54,804 nucleotides of DNA from the IMG/VR virus record IMGVR_UViG_3300017747_001955, positions 1-54,804 of that record; one strand, written 5' to 3'. This document shows, piece by piece, positions 37,716-47,249 of this stretch. The DNA is from a virus (lineage: Duplodnaviria; Caudoviricetes). Position 1 is the stretch's first letter, and every line of letters begins with the position of its first letter. The notes beneath the pieces were generated by a model, which did not search any database, had not been told where the DNA came from, and saw only the letters and a program-made list of their open reading frames with translations. The position numbers and the translations under genes are program-made.

Positions 37716-40700
37716 CTTGGACTGAGTGTTTCTTTAGTATTAACTACTTTGAGGTTATATTTTAAATTATTAGACACTGACTTACCCAGTATTAATCTGT
37801 TACCATAGTGTCTAAACTTCTTTCTTTGCAGAGGTGACTTAGCATAATCAATATAGGTAGTATTCAATATTTTTCTGTATCCATTCTGTTCAGTATTAAA
37901 CATCCTCCACTGATCACCTGTGAACTCTCCTCTATCTTTTGTAGCATCCTAGAACTGATTGAATCTATATTTATTCTCTTCTTTAGCATATAGTATATCA
38001 ATTGAATCTGAAAGTACTTTTGGATACTTCAATATATCTACAGGATTATAAGGTTTCAAATTTAATCTTAATAATCCAGAATTCTGTTCTGTATTGTACA
38101 ACATTGCATAATCAAAGTTAGCATTTAATACGTGATATGGGTCTATGCAATCAGTAGAATAATTAAGAACTTCTAATGTATATTCTATACTTTTAACTGA
38201 ATTGACAGTAATTCCTGTATTAACTGGGAACTCCACTTCAAATGGATAATCTACTCCATAGTAATTACAGAAACTATTACAAGTATTATTATGCTTCCAA
38301 AGAGAGTTGCCTTTGATTGTATAGAAGTGATCATTTGTTCCTATAGTATGATTAGGATGCCAGTCATGGAAACTTAACCACATCTTAGTCTTAGGGTCAT
38401 AGCTAATAGTCCATGAACAGTCTTCAAAGAATTCAGGATCTCCTAGGTCTATGTATAATATTCCAACTTGTCTACTCACAAAAAATCTATTAGTTGCAGG
38501 ATCATATTCTACAGCAGATTTAGCTTTAAAATCTCTTTTGCTAAAATACAAAATTTCATATTGAGTATCATATGCAGAAAGACATCCAATTCCTGTAACA
38601 GTATTTTCTGTAGCTGTAAAGTTAGGGAACTGAGTAGTTAAGACATTAGGTAAATGTTCAGCAAACCAGTATCTCATACCATTCATTGCAATGTCTACAA
38701 TCTGACCACCTGTGTAATGAAGTACTTTACCTGTATCTCTACTCATCCAAAATAATCCATATGGAGTGTTGATGGCACTTCTTGTATCTTGACAAGAAGC
38801 ATACTCATACTCATCATCTGCATTAACTAATGATTGAAAAGGTTGTTGAAATAATCCACCATCACCAATAGTAATCTTAGTTCCTGCTGATGTTTGTAAC
38901 TGATCAACCCCTGTTACAGATGTAGGTTTTGCATCTTGGAATAAGATAATACTACCTGTTCTATTGATTGGCTTAATACAGCTGATTATATTTTCAAAGT
39001 CTTTATAGTTATTTGTAAGATAGATTCTCCAAGCATCTCTTGCTTGTTCTGTCTGTTGAGGTAAACTATAAAGAACTCTTCTATCATAATAAGAATAACA
39101 AGTTTCTGCAACTAAAGGATCATATGTTTTTGGAAGAGTTGCTCCAAAACTTACATAAGAACTAAATAGTTTACTTATAGAAAGTGAGTAATCATATCTA
39201 TAGTAGTTACCTGCCTCAATAAGATCTGTTCTAAATAATTTACTTAAGTCTGTGTAGAAAGTATGATCATAATGTCTTTGACTAGCTAAATCACCATAAT
39301 CTCTATATGCTAAGTTAACCTCAGATTCTACAAAGAAATCTCTTACACCATTATTGAATAAGTAGTAGTATGCTTTCTTTACTTGAAATGTACCTGATGT
39401 ACTACTTTCTCTATCTAAATGATGATAAGAACTAGCTGCAGTTACCATGTCTAATACTCCACCACTTGTAATAGAACTAAAACTATTTGGAACTTGAATA
39501 GATGATGAATCAAACTTATCAAAGTTAGCCCAGTATCTAGGATACAAAGGATTAGAATATTGACTATAATCAAAGGCTGTTCCATTAGGAACATTGAATA
39601 ACCATTTTGTATAGTAGAAGAATGGATTCTTTTCTGTGTATCTGTTTATATAAATATCTCCACCAAACTGAACACCTGAACTATACACCTTTCCTTTTAC
39701 AGTTGTAGGTGTTTGTATATAACAATCTTGAACAGGTATTTCAACAATACCTTCTAACTGACCATATTGATTTTGATAATCAATTTTTAATCCTGCATAA
39801 TATGCAGAAGTGGTTGCTGATATGAATTGATTAGTAGGATCATCATAAGAGATACCAGGGATATCTTTAAGTCTTCTTCTTGTAGTATCTGTAAGAGTAG
39901 GGTCTCCACTTTGTACTTCTGGAAATGTACCTCTAATATTAGCTGCTACATAATCTCCTCTGTAAAGATTATTTACATTATATGTAACATCAAATGATTG
40001 AATTTGATCTTTGATGTATAAACTCTTAGTATGTTCTCTTCTTGTATTATTAACAGAAGTAGTATAGTTTACAGGTTTATAACTTGAATAAAAAGCATGA
40101 GAGTTAAATTGCAGTGAGTAGTGTCTAAATGGAATTAATTCATAGATAATTCCAACTGCCTGATCTAATCCTTGACCTGCCCAATAAAGAATAGTACTTA
40201 TAAATAAACCATACTTAGCTGCTTCCCATACAATCTGAGCAATTTTATTTACATATCCTCCAGTATAATATCTAAAGTCTAATGTAGATAGTTCTCCACC
40301 TGTTTGCATTAAAGTAGGAAAGTTTATTCCTCCAGATGAGCCCATTAATGTTCCTGAACTACCTGCACCTGCAAATGTAGAAGCAACTGCACCACTTGAT
40401 ATACCTAAAGGAACAGCACCTGTGTAAGGAATTAATGATGTTGCCATTGCAGCATTTGGTCCAAATAGTCCAAAACTACCTAAGACATTACCTGCTGCTG
40501 CTAAGTTTGTAGTATCATCAGCAGTTTTTGTCATTTGATTATTACCAAATGCAGCTTTTAATGCAATACCTAAACCAACAGTAAGAGCAAGTAAGTATGA
40601 TGTATTGGTAATTAACTTCTGTCTAGGATCACCAAAAGGATATTCAAACCTACCAGTACTTGTACCATATTCTTTAGTATAAAGTTTAAGTTCATTATAA

Positions 40701-42520
40701 CTTAAGAATGGTTTATTAAAGTTTGTTTCTGGAGAGTGAAAAGAATAATAATCATGCTTAGTTCCATTTAATGGAGTTGATACATCATTTGGTGAATCTC
40801 CTTGATTAAAGAATTGAGCTGATGTAAGAAAGTAATCATCTCTTAAATCATTATAAGGATAGTTTTGATATAATACTTTTTGACCTGAAGTATTACTATA
40901 CTCTCTCATATTATTAATAAGACCTTTAGCAATAATAGTTCTATTACCTTCTCTTGATCCTCTTAATATTTCAAATCCTATAATATTAGTTATAACATTT
41001 CCTTGATTATCTACAGGAGGTTGAATGTTATCAAACTTAACACCTAGTACATAAATTCTATTTCCACCTTGATTGTGAATATGAGTTGTAGAGTTATCAG
41101 GCATCTTGTGATGTCTAATTGGAGCACCACATAAATCACCCCATACTTCTGGTCTATTGATAGGATATCTTTCTGTAGATTCCCAGTATCCCATAAGACC
41201 TTCTCTTGTAATTACACCTCCATCAGGTAATATTTTATTTACTGCTGAATTAGTTACAGTGGCTGTATTATATACTTGCCAAAAAGCATTTTCTGTAGGA
41301 TAGATTACATCTGCTCCTGACACAGTTATCAAGTCAGATGGTAAAGCAGCTCTACCAGGTATATGATATGAAGCTGATTTATCTCCATCATTATAAAGCC
41401 ATCTAATAAAAAATGGGTACTGTTCATCTCTCATATAAGATGTATTGGTACCACCTTTATAATAGTAATCAGCAGGATATTCTACTTCTTGCCAATATGT
41501 AACAATTTGGTTAGCCAATGGCTGATAATTAAATTGGAACTTACTATACACTCCTGATCTTAATAGATAACCATTAAGAGCAAACATCTTATCACATTTC
41601 TCATAAACAGGAGTAACTAATGGAATTAGTGTAATATCTATAGAAGGATTAGCTTCTGAATAGTTATCAATATATACTGTACTTTGAGATGTACTATAGT
41701 TTCCAATCTTGCGAGCAGCTGTTTGTGAATTAACTGTACTAACAATAACTAATTCATATTCTTCAAACCTTGTATCAAGATTCAATGCAGTAATTTCTAA
41801 ACCACCTGCTACTCCAGAATGATCCCACATACCTTGTACATTACTTGGAGTAAAGTAATTAGTTACTCTTTGACCATTAATAGAATAAGCAATCACTGCT
41901 TGATATGATCCATTTAAAAGAGAGCCAGCACCTTTAGCTTTTCTAATATCATAACATGGAGGATTTGTTAAATAGTTTAATCTTATTTTTTCACAGTCCA
42001 AACATTCATTATAAATAGGAATAGGACATGAAGGATTTGTTGTATCATATCCTGTAATCTGATATGGTACATTATCTAAGTTAAGTGCTCTATCAGGATT
42101 TAAGCCATCAGCAAAAAATACAGACCATGTGCAATCATAGTTATATTGAATAAAACCTGTGATTAGATTATTTCTATCAAAATTTAAACATCTATCTGCA
42201 ATTACTTTTTTGTATTCACAAGTAGACTCAGTGAATATTCCAATCTCAGATAATACATCATTAGTTGAAAATATTACCCAAGTATCTGTATCTCTTCTGA
42301 TAATACCTATGATATCATAAGGTGTCTCTGTACAATAGATATTTGAAGGTTCATTACTTACAGTTCCAGTATCACCTTTATGAGAATTAGTTACAGCATT
42401 GATAGCATTGACCCACACTCCTTCAGGCACAAAAGAATCGTTGAGGTCTTTAATAAGACCTTTGTTAAAACTAGAAGGCTTAACACTATTTAGATTTTCA
42501 TTATTCTGATTTGCTGCCAT
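37712..42520 (-). CDS. Tail nozzle/stabilisation protein (crAss-like, P22 gp10-analogous), 1602 codons interrupted by one in-frame TAG at 37949-37951
   Basis: The 1523-aa ORF (37949-42520) and the 63-aa ORF (37712-37903) are in the same frame, joined by TAG plus 15 sense codons (DATKDRGEFTGDQWR). Beta-rich; motifs FGGDIYINRY and WTISYDP..W.SFHDWHP resemble this family; it follows two ring-protein genes. Confidence 0.75.
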
Positions 42521-42905
42521 CTTGATTATCTACTTTTTCAAATTCTTTTTTAACTCTCTCACTAGATAAGAATTTATAAAATTCTTCAGATAAAAATCCC
42601 ATTAACCATGCACTACTTTCTTCATCTGTGATATCTCTATCTTCTGTTATTCTTCTTGTAGCATGATATAATTCATGAGCAATTGTATTATGATTAAGAA
42701 ACTTTGCATCTATCATTGTAATGTATAAACTACCATCTACAGTAATAGTAATACCTTCTGCTTCTTCAGCAGCAGTACCAGGAATCAATGTTCCCTTTGC
42801 ATATTTCTTTTGTAAATACTTTTCTGACTTTCCCATTTCAGTTGTTACTACAAATAAAATAGAACAGTTATATGTATTTACTTTTATCTTTTTTACAACC
42901 CTCAT
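42501..42905 (-). CDS. Small zincin-like (HExxH) metallopeptidase-family protein (134 aa)
   Basis: IAHELYHATRR followed by DEESSAWLMG (HExxH...E pattern); overlaps both neighbours. Confidence 0.7.
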   Translation of the reverse strand: MRVVKKIKVNTYNCSILFVVTTEMGKSEKYLQKKYAKGTLIPGTAAEEAEGITITVDGSLYITMIDAKFLNHNTIAHELYHATRRITEDRDITDEESSAWLMGFLSEEFYKFLSSERVKKEFEKVDNQDGSKSE

Positions 42906-44020
42906 GCTATTCTTCCTCCAGTTGATTTATAAGCGCCACCCCATCCACCATACCATCCTTGTCCACTGAACATATTATAATACTTATCATACATTGCTTT
43001 TCTATTCTTAGCCCACATTTGCTTCATTTCAAAGAAGTCTGGAGTATTGATAAAGCTTAATGCATTATTTCTAGAAGGTCTTATCTTAGCTTGTATTAAT
43101 TGTAATTTCTGAATTACATTCTCTCCATTAAGAAATAAGTTTTCAAGGATTCTTTCTTTAAGAGCATATTCATAATATTCATTAACAACAGGATGATCAA
43201 GCACCATTAAGTTACCTTCATCATCTTCCATCACTGATTCATAGTTAAGATATACTCTGCCTTCTTGGAAATTAATAGTATGGATAAATCCATCTTTAAT
43301 TTTCAATCTGTATACATATGAACCTACTTGTTTTAAGTTGCACTCAGGCTCACCATAGTTATATGGAATAATCTCAATAGGAACAGGTCTAGGAAACTCT
43401 CTAATTAATCCTGGTCTTGATTCTGTGATTTTACAACCATCAGGACAATTGTCCAATTTAATAGAACAATTGGCTACAATATTAGCAGCAGCAATAATAT
43501 TAATTCTTGCACCTGCATAGTGTTCAAATACTTTAATCTTTACTTGATCAGGATTAATAATTACATATTCAAAGTTCACATAATCTTTATTTGAATCTTG
43601 AACAGTAAGTACAATATTAGTTGATGCTAAGTTGTGAGTTACAATATTATCACCAACTGATAAATCAGCTACTTGTATTAAAGGTCTTGCATTTGTAATC
43701 TGAGCTAGTTTGATCATTTGATCATACATAGTTTGCATTTCAGATCCTTGGCAATTTGTATATGTATCAGAACCAACTCCACATAACATTGCAAAATTCA
43801 TTACATAAAAATCAGCAGGAAGTTTAGCTCTGCCATTTTTTACTTCTACAATCTTACCTCTAGATTGATTAATCTTTAATCCTAGCTCATAATTGATTTT
43901 AATAGCAATCTTTAAAAGCTCTTGAGGATTTAAAAAATTATCTTGATCATATGTATAAAAGTCACTTCTGACTGAATTCATTAAGTCATCAAAAGTTCTA
44001 TATTGGAGTTGTGTTTTCAT
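42902..44020 (-). CDS. Tail ring/tubular adaptor protein (372 aa) with an internal beta-rich insertion
   Basis: RAKLPADFY, INFQEGRVYLNY, DDEGNLMVLDHP and YYEYALK motifs are compatible with crAss-like ring proteins; lies directly upstream of the nozzle gene. Confidence 0.6.
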   Translation of the reverse strand: MKTQLQYRTFDDLMNSVRSDFYTYDQDNFLNPQELLKIAIKINYELGLKINQSRGKIVEVKNGRAKLPADFYVMNFAMLCGVGSDTYTNCQGSEMQTMYDQMIKLAQITNARPLIQVADLSVGDNIVTHNLASTNIVLTVQDSNKDYVNFEYVIINPDQVKIKVFEHYAGARINIIAAANIVANCSIKLDNCPDGCKITESRPGLIREFPRPVPIEIIPYNYGEPECNLKQVGSYVYRLKIKDGFIHTINFQEGRVYLNYESVMEDDEGNLMVLDHPVVNEYYEYALKERILENLFLNGENVIQKLQLIQAKIRPSRNNALSFINTPDFFEMKQMWAKNRKAMYDKYYNMFSGQGWYGGWGGAYKSTGGRIA

Positions 44021-44694
44021 TATCTAGTATTACTTATAAAGTCATCATCATTATCACTTGGTATCTGAATACTAACACTAAGATCTTTCATTACATTTTG
44101 TTCCATCTCTCCAAATAAATACATTGGCACTGAGAATGGTTCATCTTGTCTGTATATACAATCATGTTCAGTGTCACAATTATAATCACCTATTCCAGAT
44201 CTAAATAAACCCTCTACTCTTATAGCAGGCCATGTAACATTAGGAATATATAAATATCCATTAAGCAAATAGTAATAAGGAGTTTTGTTATACTTAAATG
44301 TCTTCTGCTTAATCATAGACTGATAAGTAGAAGGATAAGTTTGAGTAAGAAGAGTGGTGCCATCAATACTTGTTACAGATCTAATAATAGGACCATAACT
44401 ACCATCATAAGTAGGAGGAAGTTTATGCTTACTTCTTTTTACAGTGCAACCAGAAGTAATACAAAAACATCCAGCATCTGCTCTATCTACATCAATCATT
44501 GGAAAGTAATCCAAAGTATGAAAGATATTACTATACTTTCTAAGTACACCTTTATCATCCTCTCTTTTAATAAGCCAGGATATATGCTTAAGAATTAAAG
44601 AAAAGATATATCTGTCTGTTACAAATGCATCAACATTTACAGACTTAATCTGATTTCTAATTCTACTGATTGCTTCTGATACTGTTGTTACCAT
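44020..44694 (-). CDS. Tail ring/structural protein (224 aa)
   Basis: DAFVTDRYI, C..KRSKHKLP and YYYLLNGYLYIPN motifs; TAATG coupling to both neighbours; tail-module position. Confidence 0.6.
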   Translation of the reverse strand: MVTTVSEAISRIRNQIKSVNVDAFVTDRYIFSLILKHISWLIKREDDKGVLRKYSNIFHTLDYFPMIDVDRADAGCFCITSGCTVKRSKHKLPPTYDGSYGPIIRSVTSIDGTTLLTQTYPSTYQSMIKQKTFKYNKTPYYYLLNGYLYIPNVTWPAIRVEGLFRSGIGDYNCDTEHDCIYRQDEPFSVPMYLFGEMEQNVMKDLSVSIQIPSDNDDDFISNTR

Positions 44695-45236
44695 TATTTA
44701 CAAGTTTTACCAAAGTAATAATCTGCTTCGTCTTTTCTTCTTTTGATTAGACCAGGTAATGTCTGACCACCAGACTTAACCCATTTGTTAAATTCAGTTC
44801 TGATGGTTTCATCTTCAGGATCAGCATTTACTTTCTTAAGTAATGTGCTTTTCTTTAAGTTACCAATACCCACATTATATGTAAAGCTAACTAGTGCATC
44901 AAACTGGCATTTATTAAGTTCCACTCTAACAACATCAGCAACATTACCAGCAAACTGACCAAGTACTTCTGAAAATAATTGCTCAGCTTCTGCTCTAGTA
45001 ATTGTATCTCCTTGTTTTACAGGAGTACCATCTGCATAAAATGTATTACCATATCCAATAGTCCATACACCTTTTGCATCAGGATATGCTTTGGACATAT
45101 AACCTTCAAACTTTTTAATCTTCTGAGTCATCTCATCTGATACATGGTATATGCCAGATAGTTCTTCAGTTTCTTCTTTAATTTCTACTACACCTTTAAT
45201 AAGGCCTCTTAGAAAAGTTAATAATGCTTTCATCAT
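44694..45236 (-). CDS. GH24 (T4/P21-type) lysozyme / endolysin (180 aa)
   Basis: FEGYMSKAYPDAKGVWTIGYG gives the E-x8-D-x5-T catalytic triad; QFDALVSFTYNVG; GLIKRRKDEADYY. Confidence 0.92.
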   Translation of the reverse strand: MMKALLTFLRGLIKGVVEIKEETEELSGIYHVSDEMTQKIKKFEGYMSKAYPDAKGVWTIGYGNTFYADGTPVKQGDTITRAEAEQLFSEVLGQFAGNVADVVRVELNKCQFDALVSFTYNVGIGNLKKSTLLKKVNADPEDETIRTEFNKWVKSGGQTLPGLIKRRKDEADYYFGKTCK

Positions 45237-45811
45237 AATTCTAAAGGATTATAGTCTTGTAATCTTTCTTTATCAAGTACCATTCTGTTTACATCTTTAA
45301 GATAGTTTCTATACAATCTAGATACTTTTAAAGAATAATCTACTTGAATATATTTTTTCCAATTCTCAGGATAAGTCTTCCCAACTTTTCTAGTGAATTC
45401 TCTGCATCCTTTAAATCCCCATAACTCATGGAACTTAAACTTATACTTACTTGAATAGTTAGTATAAAAGATTTTAGCTAGATAGTTATCACTTTCCCAG
45501 TTTCTATGTTGAATTACTTTCAGGTAGTTGTCTGTAGTTTTGAAATCTACATTCTTTCTAATCTTTGGTTGACAGGTTCCTAAGAACATGTGACCAAGTT
45601 GTTCAGGTAATTCTACTCCATCTCTGAGTTCAATAATCAAATCTGCAATAGCTTTATTTGTATCTACAATTATTGTCTTTACAACATTCTTATCTTTAAC
45701 CAAACAATCTGAAGAGTTTACAATTTCTGTAAGCCACTCATCAGATGTAGTTTGCAACATCTTGTTTCTGAATCTAGGTCCTTTTAAGTTACGCTGTAAA
45801 GCAGTTTTCAT
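45233..45811 (-). CDS. IHF/HU-like DNA-binding protein (192 aa)
   Basis: Helix followed by GVELPEQLGHMFL resembles the HU/IHF V.L..FG.F strand; basic; crAss-like phages carry IHF-like genes next to the tail ring genes. Confidence 0.55.
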   Translation of the reverse strand: MKTALQRNLKGPRFRNKMLQTTSDEWLTEIVNSSDCLVKDKNVVKTIIVDTNKAIADLIIELRDGVELPEQLGHMFLGTCQPKIRKNVDFKTTDNYLKVIQHRNWESDNYLAKIFYTNYSSKYKFKFHELWGFKGCREFTRKVGKTYPENWKKYIQVDYSLKVSRLYRNYLKDVNRMVLDKERLQDYNPLEL

Positions 45812-45824
45812 AGTATTCTCTTAA

Positions 45825-45846
45825 TATAATTTACAAAATTTTTTTG
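45825..45846 (-). promoter_or_regulatory. Putative phage late promoter (A-tract + TAwATT motif), copy 3
   Basis: Minus strand CAAAAAAATTTTGTAAATTATA about 14 nt upstream of the ATG at 45811. Confidence 0.45.
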
Positions 45847-45864
45847 ATTTTTGAAAGTAAATTT

Positions 45865-47169
45865 TTAAAGTTTATAGTTGTAGTTAAACTCTGCAACTTT
45901 ACCATTTGCAGGATTATATAACTCAAGTACAGCAGCTCTTTTATTGCCAGTGAACTTATTGTGATAATGCCAATAGTCTGTTGCTGAAAGTGAAGGTAAT
46001 ACTTTTATTGTAAATCCATGTACTTCATTATCAGTTACAAACTCAGTTGTCTTCTTAGTATGCATGTGACCAGTGAATAGAGTTCTGTAAGTTGTCTTAC
46101 CCCACTCATATGGATGCTCCGTAGCATACACTAAAGGTGTTAGTTTTTTAGATACATCACCATGTTCAAAGCAGAACATATTCTCACCATATACTAGCAC
46201 CTTTCTTTCAGCATATTGGCTAGAGAAAGTAAAACCATCAACATCCCCAAAGGACTGAGATAGTGCATGTACTAAGTGAAATGAGCTTAGTCTATCATGG
46301 TTTCCTGGTATAAACATTACATGCACATTGTTAGCATAGTTTCTCACTAATGACAAAAGTAAGTATAATCCTTCAAATGCTTGAATGTAAGCATCTTGTG
46401 CAGACATACTTGCTTCCACAGGTGTACCTTTAGTTGTAGTGTTGTTAAATGTATCTACTTGTAAAGTGTCTCCACCTAATACAATTACAATCTTTTCTAG
46501 ATTATAATTATTGTGGCATTTACTTAAAAGATTATTTACTGTGTTTACAGCTATACTAGACATAGACTCATTACCTGGTTTTCCAAAGTGTAAGTCTTGT
46601 AGACTGAGTATACCACACACTCCTTCTAAAAAATCTGGTTCTTTCTGTTTAAAAGAAGTTTCCACTTTAGGAAACTTATAATCAGATAACATACCATAAA
46701 AATTAAGGAGGTCAGAATCCTCCTTACTTATTTGTGTCACTAATGCTGAGATTAACCATCCTGTTCCTTTTTGTTTGTTCCAATATTGAGATAATTTCCA
46801 CTTAGTTATATCTATGTTTAGTATTTCAATAATTTCTTCTGGAGTCTTAGGTTCTTTGCTTGAGTAAGCTTCTAATTTTACTTTACCAGAATCTACATCA
46901 GTGTGAGAACTTATTACTTTAGACTTTTCATCAATTGTCTTATAAATATCTAATTCTATTTTAGTAGGACAATCTCCACCAGTTATTGATTTTACAATTG
47001 CATCCTGAATAGCTTGATCAACAGTTTCTCTATAGTGTAATATCTTTTTATAGACTAACCTTTTTAGAGAAATATATTCACTCAGATCCATCCCTATTCT
47101 TTTGGCACAATATTCATCTGACTTTCTCCATTTAACAATGGACTGATATACTTCTAATATTTTATTCAT
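45865..47169 (-). CDS. Calcineurin-like metallophosphoesterase (Mre11/SbcD-like fold) with an N-terminal extension (434 aa)
   Basis: All five motifs present in order: DLHFG, GGD, GNHD, HGD, GHMH. Confidence 0.88.
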   Translation of the reverse strand: MNKILEVYQSIVKWRKSDEYCAKRIGMDLSEYISLKRLVYKKILHYRETVDQAIQDAIVKSITGGDCPTKIELDIYKTIDEKSKVISSHTDVDSGKVKLEAYSSKEPKTPEEIIEILNIDITKWKLSQYWNKQKGTGWLISALVTQISKEDSDLLNFYGMLSDYKFPKVETSFKQKEPDFLEGVCGILSLQDLHFGKPGNESMSSIAVNTVNNLLSKCHNNYNLEKIVIVLGGDTLQVDTFNNTTTKGTPVEASMSAQDAYIQAFEGLYLLLSLVRNYANNVHVMFIPGNHDRLSSFHLVHALSQSFGDVDGFTFSSQYAERKVLVYGENMFCFEHGDVSKKLTPLVYATEHPYEWGKTTYRTLFTGHMHTKKTTEFVTDNEVHGFTIKVLPSLSATDYWHYHNKFTGNKRAAVLELYNPANGKVAEFNYNYKL

Positions 47170-47184
47170 CTTTTATGTTTTTAG

Positions 47185-47241
47185 GGTGAACCCCCTCATT
47201 GCTGAGGGGATATCACCTGCTCAGGGCTACCAACAACCTGA
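47185..47241 (-). promoter_or_regulatory. Structured intergenic RNA element: two hairpins, one with a GCAA tetraloop
   Basis: Minus strand TCAGGTTGTTGGTAGCCCTGA-GCA-GGTGATATCCCCTCA-GCAA-TGAGGGGGTTCACC; GC-rich island in AT-rich DNA; no U-tract follows. Confidence 0.6.
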
Positions 47242-47249
47242 ATTATATT

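Noticed and set aside
37712-37903. Independent 63-aa gene
   Set aside because: In frame with the nozzle ORF and separated by one TAG plus 15 sense codons; better explained as its C-terminus.
1004-44598. Numerous 60-137 aa plus-strand ORFs in the track
   Set aside because: All lie antisense within long minus-strand genes, have Ser/Leu/Ile/Phe-rich shadow composition and no motifs; expected from codon bias.
47185-47217. Rho-independent terminator
   Set aside because: Strong hairpin, but no U-tract follows on either strand; kept as a structured element instead.
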